Shown piece by piece: positions 1 to 12,330 of a stretch of 64,000 bases of DNA (positions are counted from its first letter, which is position 1; every line of letters begins with the position of its first letter). The position numbers and the translations under genes were made by a program. The DNA is from Convolutriloba macropyga (taxonomy: Eukaryota), in the NCBI RefSeq assembly GCF_964194025.1, contig NC_134473.1, forward strand, positions 18,104,001 through 18,168,000, read 5' to 3'. Under the pieces are notes generated by a model. It worked only from the letters and a program-made list of their open reading frames with translations, was not told where the DNA came from and made no database searches.

Positions 1-164
1 CTCTCTATAGGAGAGAAAACCGCATGTTTTTTACTGCATTAGACAACCAGAAGGTCGTCCGCCAAACGTATCTTTGATCTCTAGTTGAAGGTCGAAAAGA
101 GGACAAAAACCTATTAAGTTTAGCCTAAAAACCATACACAAAATTTTATGGGGGCAAAAAGTTC

Positions 165-237
165 TGACTTTGACGGGATTTGAACCAGCGACCTCTGGGG
201 CGCGGGCCAGAGGTCTTAACCGCTCGGCGAAACGGGC
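165..237 (-). ncRNA. tRNA-derived Pol III cassette (SINE head or pseudo-tRNA)
   Basis: Minus strand reads GCCCGTTTCGCCGAGCGGTTAAGACCTCTGGCCCGCGCCCCAGAGGTCGCTGGTTCAAATCCCGTC. It has an A-box-like TCGCCGAGCGG, a B-box GGTTCAAATCC and a CTCTGG/CCAGAG anticodon-type stem. The acceptor stem does not pair. Confidence 0.7.
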
Positions 238-1775
238 TATAGAACAATCTGTGCGAACGCACATGTTATTTCCTCTCGCTTGAACGCATTTGCATTGGCA
301 ACATTAATCAAAAATTGCTATAAAATTTCAAATCTTATCTCAAATTCATCAATCTGTACAACATTCTCTGCTTTTTTATGAAGTCAGTGGTGACCGCAGA
401 AAATTATACGTTGGAAAGTTTCTCAAAAAGAGTTCATTTTGCAATCTGAAGTAAAAAAAAACAATTAACGTCGGGTGAATTGCTATCAAACGACCAGAGA
501 GGGTTGGGTTTCGGTAGTAGTCAGCTGGGCTTAATTATGCAAGCATTAGGGGAGGAGCTGAATTGTGGGTCAAGAGTTGGGGAGGGGGTAGGGTTGGGAG
601 ACGAGAGGGGATCCAAATTGCTAGCTGGTCGAGGATGGACGTGTGGAGTGTTTTGGGGGGAGTGAGGGTGACTGACTGAGGGGGGGGGGGGCTTGAGACT
701 GAGGGAGGGGGGTAGAATTAGGGGGGCTGATTTCCTAAGGTTAAGAACCCCTTAACACCATGAAATTGTCTACTCGAAGCATTTTGGGTGAATTGAGTAC
801 TTAGAAACTAATAAGATGTAAGGCTCTGTGAGAGCTGCTCAGACAATTAAAGCCCTCAGACAGCAAATTTACTTAAGTTTTCCAGTTTTTGAATAGCAAG
901 AAATACAATTGAAAGTAAGTGGAAGAAACAAGGGTTATGTTTCAAATTTATATTTGTCACGTTAGTGCCCTATCAGCAAAAAAGGGTGTACATTGACGAT
1001 TTCGATGTCAATTCTCTTTTTTTAGAAAAAATTGTTCCTTTTGTTAACCTTTTTAATGGAAATCAGTGGTTTATGGTACTTGGTATCAAAATGTCAATAT
1101 ACGCATTAGATTTCGATGAAGAAGGAAACTGTAAAAAATTCAATTCTTTGAATCATGACCCTATCCCCCAGCCGAAAAATAAATTTTTATGGTAAATCAG
1201 GAAGTCAAAAACGTATGAGTGCATATGGTTTACATTTAAAATTCATTTTACTGGGTGCACACACGGGAAAGATGCTGATGTTCTTCTGAAGGACTTAAAT
1301 AGGAGCTATTCAAAAAAAAAGAATTTAGTAATTTGAGACAAGAAAACTATTTGATATCTTTTAAGAACTCAACAAGATCATTACAGGACTTTCATAGGTT
1401 CTTTATAAGGCATCACAAATTCTGTCAAGAAATTCATTCTCTTGCATGTCAAGAAATTCATATTTTGCCAAATTGCATCAATTTTCGTTTAAATTGGGAA
1501 AACACAAAATGCGGCCATTTTGCAATTTTTAGGTTGATATTTGAAACCAGATGATCGTTTTTCAGTTGCGCAGAAATCTAAAGGATTAAAAATTAAGAAG
1601 GGCAAATTTTGGCTAGTCAGATAAAATGCATTTCCAATATTACCATGACCGTACAATGAGCTGTTCAATTCTACTTTTCAATCCTCGCCAGTTTTATTCA
1701 ACGCTAACTTTGGATCCATAAATTTGCAACGACAAATTGTCAAAAGAAGTAGGGAAATGTCAGAAAAAGGCTAAC

Positions 1776-2192
1776 CCGGATTAAAGATTGAAATAATCTT
1801 CATGTAGAAATACTCCTCGTCTGACAACTTCAGACTTGCTATTTTGTTCAACAGGCTCTTCACACAATTCGCACTATCCACAGTCGGTAAGTTATTCTTT
1901 TCAGCGAATATTTTGGCCAACTTGTTGGCACACATCGTCTGCTTCCAGCATGGCATTGCATTAGGTCGATTGCAGAAGTTTTTCAGTTCCAGTTTAATGT
2001 CTATGTTTTCCTCTGTGATCGCAATTAGGAATAAAGCTACCCAGGACTGTGAAATGAGCAAGCCCCTGTCAGTTCGAGACAAAGTTTTGTAGGGCACAAA
2101 TGTTATGACGGTTTGGGCGCAGCGTTGAAGGGCTTCAAAACTAAAAAAAAATGCGGAACTTTGAAACAGTTGGATTGATCCAGGCATCGCAT
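1776..2192 (-). CDS. Internal exon encoding a nuclear-receptor ligand-binding domain segment (about helices 3-8; NR2/NR0B-like)
   Basis: FVPYKTLSRTDRGLLISQSWVALFLIAI matches the LBD signature (P.F..L...DQ..LL...W.ELF.L). VKSLLNKIASLKLSDEEYFYMKIISIFNP matches L.I...EY.YLK.I.LFNPD. Bounded by acceptor ttccag| and donor g|gttag, phase 1 on both sides, 417 bp. An intron after FNP is typical of nuclear receptors. Confidence 0.72.
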
Positions 2193-3049
2193 CTGGAAGT
2201 GTATTTAACTATTTACCTCTAAAATTTATTCTAAGTTCAGCACCTTGTTTGGGTTGATTGTTTTAATTAAGGAAGTTTTAAAACTTTTTAAAACTTTTAA
2301 AATAGATAATAGAACTTTGGTCTTTGCTAAACGAGCACCAGTTTCAGCATATCATTTATTCTTCTATACTTCAAAAATAAAAGAGCTTTCTGTTCGCCAG
2401 CGGTGGTGGTCAAGCCAGCCAAACTTTCGAACTAAGGTCAAGAATGTTAACATCTCATGTTCCCGGTTGAACACCATAAAATAATCTGAGTATTCATATC
2501 AAGTCATATATAGTTTTATAGAATTTTTGCAAATACACTATGATCATAAATGGTAAGAGCACAAATTTTTATTATATTCTTCTTCTTTTGTCTCATAAAT
2601 AGGGAATTTTTTTGAAAAATAATGAAGTAAGGAAAACTCAATTTCTTTGTACTACATTAAATCATTGCCAAGCACATCAATGCGTCTGCGCAGCTTTGAT
2701 TTTTCGCCTAAGGCGAAACCTAATTAGGTAAGGGTGTTACCCAAAAGCCGGAAACCCAATTTAAGACAAATTTTCTCACTTTATATCCCACGTTATATCT
2801 TGTCTTTGAGGAAGATTGCTTCTTAGTTTATCATTGATGATGCAATTGCAGAAGAATGATAAAGAAAAGAATTGAGATAGAGGAAAATCTGGTTTCATGA
2901 ATCTTAGCAACCATAGAAAGATCATATATCGATGTTACTAATCTCACAAAGAAATGTCTTGTAAGAAAACATATGTGTTCTTTGTATGGTCACCAAGAAT
3001 GTTTACATCCCACAGTAATTGAGAACAATAGGCTTGAGCAAGGATTCGG

Positions 3050-3250
3050 TGAGTAAAAGTTAAAATGAAATTTAAACGTTTGGGAGTTCTTTGCGCGCTT
3101 GCAGAGTTCTTTGCGCAAGAGAGAGTTTAATTGAGCTAATATTCAATTTGATCTTTCTGGCACCTTGATCAACTGATAGAGAGATTTGGAAAACAGTCAA
3201 GATTTTTTAATTACTCTATGAAAATGTACTTCGTGTTTCATATCCTCTAT
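3050..3250. repeat. Dispersed repeat, diverged second copy at ~5430-5650
   Basis: Shared blocks gagtaaaagt..aaatttaaac..tgggag..tgcgcgctt, gagagtttaattgag, ttgatcaactgat..gagagatttggaaaa and gtttcatatcct occur in the same order at both loci. Confidence 0.65.
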
Positions 3251-6200
3251 TAGTTGCTTCTGATGTCATGTATAATACGATTAGTTCTTAAATGATGAAA
3301 TGATTTTGTAGTCAAATGTTTGGCGCAGTTTATATGTGTTCACTTACCTTGGTAGAATAATCGGAGAGTAAGTGGGAGTTAAGAAATCAAGTCATAGGAG
3401 CACGGCTTGCAATTATTAGGGAGGATAAAAATCTAGAAGAGTGAATAAAATCTTTGAAGTGAACTAGATACTTTGAAAAAAATCAGAAATGTGTTTGGAG
3501 TGAAAATTTTGGTTTACCAGAGATGAACTGATCTAGTTGTTTAATAAAAAAAAACACCAAGCCGAAATACCGACCCCCTGCTTAATGAGGGAATGGCTGG
3601 TTTTTGATCACAATGATGATAGGCAACCCAATGGTGATCTCGAGCTGATATAATTTTTCAGGCCAGTCTGACCATCAACTCCCGAGCTATTAACAACACC
3701 GAATAAAAACAGGCAAAATTAGGTTTAAAACAAAAAAACGCTGTGTTTTTATAGTACCAAGAGAAAAAAGTAAAGAGGTAATAATTAAAGTAAAATGAAA
3801 AAAGTTTTAGAAGTTTTTCTGTTTTTTAATGCAGATAAAATAAGAGTATTGTCAAAATAGAATTTATTAGCACTTGATTTTGAAATAATAATTTCACAAA
3901 AACTTGAAGTCCTATTGACCTTAAAATTAAGCAATAGACTAGTTTAGATGCGGGAAACCTAAATTTGATTCAAATCTAAATCAAGTCTGATTTGAGAGCA
4001 GGCCTACTCTCACGGAACTACCGGACGCCGGTACAGCGTGATGTCAAATTTAAATTGCTCTTGGAGTTTTTGTAGTCGAGTTTTAATTTTTGGAGGGTTA
4101 GTGTAACTTTTCAAAGGATTTCCAATATTGCTATTCATACCTCCTGGTGCAACCGAAACCAGTGTTTCGGACTGAACCGAGTACCGAAAACCAAAAATTA
4201 GCCTTTTTGAGCGGCCGAATGATTTTGAGATGGTTATAATATGACAACCTGAGACAGTTAGTGACAAAAAATAGCCACGCTGGTCAATTTTGGCAAAACC
4301 GGGTTCATCGGGTTTCGGCACCAACGACTCTTTAAAAAATTTCAAAACCCAAACGACTCGCAACGGATAAATCTAGGACAGTAATGACTGGCATGCAATT
4401 AGATGGCACCCTACAATTTCTAAATATTTTTACACAATAAAGTTTTGAACCGTACAGCAAAAGATATAATTTTTCGAATTCTGATTCCCTGCGGAACAAC
4501 CAGGAGACACGTGCTCATGCATAACTTGTGATCTATTGAGTGTTAGGTCGGTAATTATAGTGAGTAGGCGCAATTGTGAGTGGAATTTCTGCGACAATGT
4601 TTCTTATAACACCTTGACCACTCATTTTTGATAATTGATCCCTGGAGGTCAAAGCGTGGGCCTTTAGGAAAACTGGTCTTTCGCATTATTACAGGGAAAT
4701 ACAAGAAACATTTTAAAAATTGGGATAACAGTTCTTCTTTTTTAAGGTGGATCTTAGTTATTGATTTAACACACTGGCCTTTAACATAGATTGATTTCAA
4801 TCAGTTGAATTTGAGAGCAGAAACCGAGTGATAGGGGTTTTCGAAGCAACTTTCAATGCTTACTAAGTAAACACAATCGAAATGACATGTGCATAAGCGT
4901 GATAAAGCGGAGTCGGTCTGAATACAAAGGAGTTCAAAGTTCGTAAACTTAAGACAAGATGAGAATTGAACAATGGTTAGTAGTAGTTGAGTGACAGAGC
5001 ATATTTTTGCAATGATTTCTTTGCACTGTAAAAACAGCCCGGCTACAGAATGTGACAGATTTCGGATGTAATTTGCAATGTTTACTTAAGAGATTAAAGT
5101 TTGCTTGTTTTAGATAAGAGCATGTTGATTGAGAATAAATTGAGGTGACACGAGTAGAGAGAGCAAAAGGGTAGACAGAGGAGAAACCTTTGCATAAGTG
5201 AGAGAGACTTTTTTGCTGAGAAACAGTTTCGTAGTGAAGCAACTTGAGAAATTATTTCTTAGAGAGGCCGAAAAACTCTTATTTTAGTGAGACTAAACTT
5301 AATTTTTCAATTGCAAGACCAGTTGCGATGCTGTGCATTTGTGTTAAGCTCACTTCGGAAAAATGTTACCAAGAAGGTTTATCCCGAACTACATCTCACT
5401 GTATTTCAGAAAAATTGACATGGGTCCGCTGAGTAAAAGTAAAAGTGAAATTTAAACAATTGGGAGGTCTCTGCGCGCTTACTGGCACCCAAAAATGTGA
5501 GAGAGTTTAATTGAGTTAATATTCTTTTTGATTTTTTTTTAATCACAAGACATCTTGATCAACTGATGAAGAGAGATTTGGAAAACTCTCAACATGCACT
5601 TTAAACATTTTTTAGTACTCAGTGAAAAGGTAATTCATGTTTCATATCCTGCTCTACCGAGAAAAATGAACGTTGTTAATGAACTATTCGTTTGAAAAAG
5701 AGATCAAACATAACAGCTTTCATGAAAAGAGTGCCATGTTTTTTAGATAAGCTGCCGCATTTTATGAAAAATACTCGAAACAAATTTTGGAGACGCTTAA
5801 TTGCCAAAAAAACCAAATTCGAAAAATTGAACTGCAGCGCAATTTAATTTTAAACCAGCTAACAGTGAAACCATCAATAGAAATGCAATAGTTCTTGCTT
5901 TCATTTGAGAAAAATCAGCCAATTAATTTTTCAATGCAATCAAAAGCACATCTTAAACATGTAATAAAAAATTAAGAGATTAATTGCTAATTTATAGAAC
6001 ATTTGTCGTATACTTTAAATTTGGAAGTTCAAACAAAAATCAAACAAGCAAACAGTTGTAGTTCAAACAAACAACCTTGAGACAGAAGACAACCTGGTAA
6101 TAGAAAAAACCTCAAAAACCACAATAGTGCGATAGAAATCATCCCTCAACGTTTACACCTAAATGCACTATTGATGTGCAATTGACTTGTGATGTGTTGA

Positions 6201-7659
6201 TAAACCCGAATAAATTCAACGTACTTTTGGGAACACTCAAATAGCAAAAAAAGCTATAAATTGCTCAATTGCTCAAAGCTCTGAATTTTTCATTTTTTCA
6301 GTTTCTCTAGAATCAATGAATAAAGCATAAACCATGTTTTCAGTCGTTCTGCTGAAATGAGTTTAAGTTGGCATGAATCAACGCGCTGCGAAACAAACAT
6401 CAACAAAGTTACTCAATTTTTAGAGTCAAAAATCAAAACATTTGTGTAAATCGAGTGTGCATTTTTGCGGCAATCTTTTTACGGCAATATACCTTCAAAA
6501 TGTACAAAAAAGGAGAGTTGTTAGCGGGCTCAATGTGTTTTCTGCTTTTAAAGCACAAAAGTATGACTTTCACCATTCAAAAGCGCTAATTAATCAGTTT
6601 AATTTTAGTACAAATTATTATAAAACAAAATGAGAAGTTTTCAAAGTAGCAACAGACGTTATGAAAAAAGTTTCTTGAATATTATGTTGCAAAATTATTT
6701 TATTGGAAAAATGGATTTGTAGTTCAGAAACTAGTAAAGATCTATTTTTAGTCGAAGAGCTGTTTAGTTTAGAGCTTTTAGTTCGCATTCACTTCGATTT
6801 CTTCTAATTTTAGAAATTAGTAACAAATTCAGAGAAATTGATATATCGCAATTTATAAATCTTGTATTTAATTTTATTTCGTGAAGTTCAATTGATTTTG
6901 ATTTTTGGATTGGTTCACGGTTGTCAAATTTTGCAATGCAGGGCTAGAAATTCGGTTTTTTGTCAAATATTTCAATGTGTCAAGTAGCCAATGTTTGTTT
7001 CTTATGGTAAATATATGAATTGCAGAAACAGATGCCGTTTTTTTTATCTGTTCTCAGGCATTTTGTTCTGGCATTTCCAAAAAATCGCTTTTTATTAAAA
7101 AAAATGATTTCTTGGACAATTTCAGCGAAGAAAAAATGAATGCTTTCTATTGAAATCAATGAGTAGACTGTTTTCTGGTTCAGCTGGAATAATGTCAGTT
7201 CTCCTTAATTATACATATTTTTCTCTTATGTAAGAGAATTGGGTTTCCATTTTGTCAGCTGATTTATTTAAGTAATTGTTTGAATTTTGAAAAATGCAAA
7301 GTCTGTAGTGCTTGCTCCCGAAGAAGTGGTACACGATAGTGTACTAGATAAAGTGATATAAATAATTGCAGCATCCTCGGCAAGCAGAATTTCTGTATAA
7401 TATTGTGATATACAAAGAAGAAATATAAGAGGCGAGGAGCACCATCATTTGTTTCAAATCAGTCAATTTTTAACTGTTTGTCGTCAGCAAGAAAAGGTTC
7501 GAATATTTATCTGGAGAATACAATTTTGTTTCTACTGTTTTTCAGAAAAAAAAATAAGATTTTTCAAATTAGCAATTGTTATTGTGGATTATCTTAGTGG
7601 AAAATGTAATGAATCAAATTCCCTAATTTCATCTGCACAAAATTCCAAAATTAGCTCAC

Positions 7660-8219
7660 CAGAAACGGGATGTTTCCTCTGGAAGTTTCAACTTGACTAT
7701 TGATGGCTCGCTGCACGCTCTATTACTAGCAAAAGTGTTGTGGTCCGACAACGAAGAACCGGATCGAAAACCCGATTCATCCGACGTATAGCTCCCTCCG
7801 CTTCCTGGACTCGTTCCGAAGTCGGGGGTTTGTGGTGAGCTGAACGACGAAGTGTGCGAACTGTGTTCTCGAAGGGAACTAGCTGAAAAATGAGAAATAT
7901 CCGGAATCGGCTTCTCGGATCCGACTCTGTGGCCATGAAGTGTTCTAGAAGAGTCTAGAAGTTTTGATAGTTCTGCGCAATTGCTACCATCTCGAGGCTT
8001 CATATGCAGTTTTGATGCGTTATGATTCATTTGTATTTGTCTCGAGCCAGTTGCATGATCAGGATTGCATAACTTTTTAGCTTCGGGAGGACTGTAGTCT
8101 TCCGAGTGGCTAGCGATGGGTACCGAGTTGTCAAGGGGCACTGGTGTGCTTTCACTTGGGTTGATACCAAAGTTGAACAAAGTTGGCGAACTTGGGATTG
8201 AAAGAGGCTCGTCATTTAG
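7660..8219 (-). CDS. Putative exon 2, Ser/Pro-rich low-complexity protein (possibly the N-terminal A/B region of the nuclear receptor)
   Basis: Open frame LNDEPLSIPSSPTLFNFG...KLPEETSRF. Acceptor ttttag| at 8221-8220 is in phase 0, matching the donor of exon 9620-9796. Donor |gtgagc at 7659. GC is higher than in the flanks. Contains LSKLL (LxxLL). Confidence 0.55.
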
Positions 8220-9619
8220 CTAAAACTTTGAAATATGTATTTTCGTAGAATACAAAAGAGGTAAACCAAAAATTTTTTCGCGGTTCGTCAATATTGGTGG
8301 AAGCCATAAAAACACATTACATCTGTTAAAATTGAAAAGAAGTCTGTTCTTGGGTCGAGTAAAGTCTATGCAAGGCATGTTTTCAACGATTCATAAAAAA
8401 ATTTATGACTTTTCTGCTACCCAATTGTTAGTATTGGTTTTAAAACTATGTTTTCGTGTATAGGAAACATGTCATCATTTCTTATAGCTTTCATCTGATG
8501 AAGCTTCTAACTTTTTAACGGATTAAAAATGGCGCATTTTTCAATATGGGTTTTCGCTAGATTAATGCAAACAACTTTAAAAATAGTCAAACAAAAAATT
8601 TTCATGTGTTTTCTAAAATCAAGATCATTGGCAGAAAACCGGCAGTTATGATAAATTATAATTATTGTTTGAAAAGTTTCAATTTTTTTCGGCATGCTCT
8701 TATAAAACTAAATTGGAAGTGCTATTTTCTTCTCGCAATTTCTTCATCAAAATTAAGTGAAGAAATGTAAACAATGAATTGACAATCGTATATGTTAAAA
8801 GGAATCTTGTGGACCCACATGCGTTTTGCAAATTAGTTGTGATCTTATGCAATAGTTTTTTAGATTTTCCTACGACCCTCCGAATTAAATATCCATTTTG
8901 TTCGTTAAACGCTGGCAGTATTCACTATTGAGGAACGAAAAGCCACATATACGAAAAGACTGAAGTTTTAGATCAAAAACAAAGAGAGCATTCTGAATTT
9001 TAATCTCGGAAAAAATTTAGGAAAAGTTGGTTCTGGATCTTAAAAATTTCCCATAACCCGCTAAACAAACAATTTTTTTTCCCGATCTCCAAAATTCTGA
9101 AAGATATATTTAATTTTACTATTAAGAATTTATTTACTAATGAGAATGTAAACGTACATATGATCTTGTGAGATTACAGCATAGCACATTATCTAGGGTG
9201 AGATTTTAAAGAACAAAGGCATACATTTTTGAAAAAAATAGCGCATGTTGTATGATCTCTTTAGAGCGCTTACAAAACGAGCGTAGACAAGGAAGATCTT
9301 TCATGAGAGGTTTTGATATGCAGGACATTAGGAGACATGCGTTTACGTTCAATATTGGGTATAACTTTAGTGCGAATTGAAAACAAGTCTAAAAAATTGA
9401 TTTTAAGCTCTTCCTCTTAAGCTGACAACAATTTTATTCCAGAGGTTTGTTCAAATAAACAGATAAATCGTCTTTAAATTGGACATTTTGGGCGTTCGTG
9501 AAATGGAAGTTGACACGAATTGTCAGACATCCAAGATCTTCACTGTCTTGATAATATATGAGATATGATAGAGATCTTGAAAGCCAACATTTCCCTTTAT
9601 GAATACAACAGATACATAC

Positions 9620-9796
9620 GAGTGACTGTAGAACAGAGAAGCAACCATTGTCGTTGTCTGGGTCGCCCTCGGCGTCAAATTCTTCCAGGTAGTCCAGCAA
9701 GTTCGGAATCTCATCGTCATCAAGTGTGTCGTGGTGGTCCACAGGGATGGCTCCGTTGCCACCACAATTTTCCAAGTCGTTAAACGATGCGCACAT
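9620..9796 (-). CDS. Putative first coding exon, acidic (MCASFNDLEN...LQSL)
   Basis: ATG-initiated, 59 codons, Asp/Glu-rich, ending at a phase-0 donor ctc|gtatgt that splices in frame to exon 7660-8219. Confidence 0.5.
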
Positions 9797-10098
9797 GGTT
9801 TAGATGTTATAGCGTTTAAGTTTTTATTACTCCCCTTCAAATCCAGAATTAAAACTAGTTTTTTAATAATCAGTCGTTATGGATTAACTATATTTTTTAT
9901 TCCAACTTCTGATGTAGTCAATGAAAAGCCACGACAAAAATGTGCTTCTATGAAATAGCGATTTTGTTTTTTTTTCAGAAAAAAGTCGTTAGAAATACAT
10001 TGAATATAATTACTCTAAATGGCCAAGTATTAAGTACTTTTGTCGGTTGGCGCTTTGTTGCAATTTTTGAAATAATTCTTGTTCCTTTTATGAGTCAT

Positions 10099-10273
10099 CA
10101 CGTGTTATGTAATAATATTGCTCTTGTTATGTAATAACTTGGTCAGTTTATGTAATATGTACATTCTAAGCCAATGGCGTGGCTGTCTGTACTCACTATT
10201 ACGTATAGTTCTCAAAAGTTTGCATAACAATTTGCTTTATTACGTAATTGCTCACTTTATTACGTAACACGTG
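10099..10273. mobile_element. Small MITE-like element with internal TTAYGTAA repeats
   Basis: Ends CACGTGTTATGTAATA and TATTACGTAACACGTG form a 16-bp inverted repeat with 1 mismatch. Multiple ttatgtaa/ttacgtaa motifs inside. Confidence 0.55.
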
Positions 10274-11105
10274 TGCATAATGAATGGGACAGACTATATG
10301 AGAAATGACTGTACATTTTAACTCCTCAATTAAACTAAGAACGTCAATACAAGCTCTTGGACTAAATTAGTCAGAGCTCAATTGTCTAGTAACTCAGTGG
10401 CCAATTTTCGATTTTTCGAAGCTTGTTAAAGTGGTTTTATTGGTTCAGTTGGCTCATAAAATCTTGAAATATTAAGAAAAATCTTGCATATTTGCTGCTT
10501 TCGACTAAATTTTGCTTAACATGTTGAAATTTGCTTATAGGAGCACATCTGCAGCAAAATTCAGTCCGTGCATTGTTAATAGTTCCCTAATTTAAAGATC
10601 GGGCTATTTCCTTCCATTTCGGGGCGTAATAAAACCCCCCGAGTCAAATCTTTCAGACCAAAAACATGTAATAGTGCTGCAATAAATGAAATTTCTGGAA
10701 AACTGCCATTCTCAAAATTCCTTCGTCAATTTAACCTCTCTGGATAAATGATCCCCACTTTTACAACAAAATGGTAACAAATTATGGACCCTGTACCCCA
10801 AAATAATATCATATCACGTGGGATTTATAGACTCAAAGCGCGTTTCTATGATTTTGAAGATAAAAATTGAGAATTATAAAACGCCGAAGAAAGAAATTTG
10901 GAGGACCAGAGCTTTTCCTGGTTAGAAAAAATTGCTTCAAATTAAAAATTCAGAATCAGTCGGGGGGGGGGGGGGTCAGACTGGTGTTTTTCACTTTATA
11001 TCAGTTTATATCAGTACAAAAATTTGTCCATTATTTGTATTTTTCTTGGTATTTCCCGTTGTTACAACATCAACAAAACACAGTTTTTGACATTTTTCAA
11101 AAAGT

Positions 11106-11768
11106 TTACAATGATCTTCTGAACGAGTTTCCATAATTGTCCAAGTAGTGGTAAAAAATTGACGACGGTCGAACCCCTAATGGAACCAAAACTGCCGCAT
11201 ACTCCATAGCTTGACCTCTACTATCGGCGTAAATATTGAACGTATTCCCCTCGTTTGCCCGGGGCAAAATTACGATGTCTTTCTCGAATATATTAACTGC
11301 ATCTAAGTACAGAACGTCGCCATCGGTTCGGATTTTCGAAGGGTTTTGTGAAAGGTAGGTGTCGCTATCTAATTGCAAAAGTTGGTTTTTGCACACGGCG
11401 TCAATTAGTGTTCGACACATTGGGCAGTTCAAGCTATTCGGCTCTCTGCGCGTTATCCATATTGATATGCACCCAGAGCAGAAACTGTGAACACAGGGAA
11501 TTAGGCTAATTGGATCGTGATAAACGTCTGCACATATCGCACACGTCAGATCTGATTCGTTCAGCTGGACGACGTTGTTTTCGTCCGAATTTTTTTCTCC
11601 ATTCTCTATTTTCTGAAACTTTTTGCTCTTTTCGTGTTCGTCAATTTTCTCACACGACTCCTGGATTGATTTTTCTGCTTCCTTTCTGGAAATTTTTCCT
11701 AGGTTTAATTCTCCAGTTTCTGATGACACGGTAGATCTTGATCGCTTTCTTTTATTTCGTTCCGCCAT
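11106..11768 (-). CDS. Intronless C3HC4 RING-finger E3 ligase, CHFR-like RING region (220 aa from first ATG)
   Basis: CAICADVYHDPISLIPCVHSFCSGC...CPMCR is a complete C3HC4 RING. The following VCKNQLLQLDSDTYLSQNPSKIRTDGDVLYLDAVN resembles the CHFR post-RING segment (ICKNHILNNLVEAYL..HPDK.R.EED...MDA.N). Basic NLS-like KRKR near the N-terminus. Confidence 0.8.
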   Translation of the reverse strand: MAERNKRKRSRSTVSSETGELNLGKISRKEAEKSIQESCEKIDEHEKSKKFQKIENGEKNSDENNVVQLNESDLTCAICADVYHDPISLIPCVHSFCSGCISIWITRREPNSLNCPMCRTLIDAVCKNQLLQLDSDTYLSQNPSKIRTDGDVLYLDAVNIFEKDIVILPRANEGNTFNIYADSRGQAMEYAAVLVPLGVRPSSIFYHYLDNYGNSFRRSL

Positions 11769-12006
11769 CAGCAGTTTTACTCTATAGGACACGCATTCTG
11801 TCCATGTCTTTGACCTTGCTCGGTTTTGCGAAATTGCTTATAGTTTTGTATGGTTAACTTTGTAGGGAAAATGCTCAATTCAATGTCAGGAACCGCACAA
11901 TTCGGGGCATCAAAATATAAAAAATTTCAATGCGGTCTTCAGTGCTTAGAGTACGATTTTATTGGGTACGATTTCATTGGTCACTAAAACTTCGAGGCAG
12001 AGAACT

Positions 12007-12129
12007 TAGTTTGAAAGATTGAACTTAGACTCAAAGAATTCCCTAGAAGGACACGAAGAAGGACACTAATTTTAGGACAAAAATGTTATACCTTCACTTC
12101 TTTAAGTCTAAGTTCAATCTTTCAAACTA
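12007..12129. repeat. Short foldback (32-bp inverted arms), MITE-like
   Basis: tagtttgaaagattgaacttagactcaaagaa (12007-12038) pairs with ttctttaagtctaagttcaatctttcaaacta (12098-12129), 1 mismatch. Confidence 0.7.
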
Positions 12130-12167
12130 TGAAATCTAACCTTCAACACTTAAATCAAACCACTGTA

Positions 12168-12330
12168 AGATCTTTTCCGTTTGTACCCCCCCCCCACCCC
12201 CCTCCGCTTAGTGGGTGCATATTATTTGCTCCCATCAAACGCCATATTTTTACATAATGATTTACCTTGTAATGACACCTGCTCTGTAATGGGGGGGGGG
12301 GGGGGGAAGGGGCACAAACGGAAAAGATCC
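12168..12330. mobile_element. Non-autonomous TIR element with 8-bp target-site duplication (TSD), Merlin- or MULE-like
   Basis: TIRs (A/G)GATCTTTTCCGTTTGT(A/G)CCCC. Flanks CCACTGTA and CCGCTGTA (7/8 match). Internal gtgggtgcatattatt is shared with the copy at 61423-61510. Confidence 0.7.

Noticed and set aside
165-237. Functional tRNA gene (also 15042-15112)
   Set aside because: Acceptor stems do not pair and there is no canonical 7-nt anticodon loop. Only the A and B boxes are retained.
7345-7410. Minus-strand YRNSACRGCCNY as a nuclear-receptor P-box
   Set aside because: No preceding CxxC, no FFRR, a stop follows within a few codons, and there is no compatible splice acceptor.
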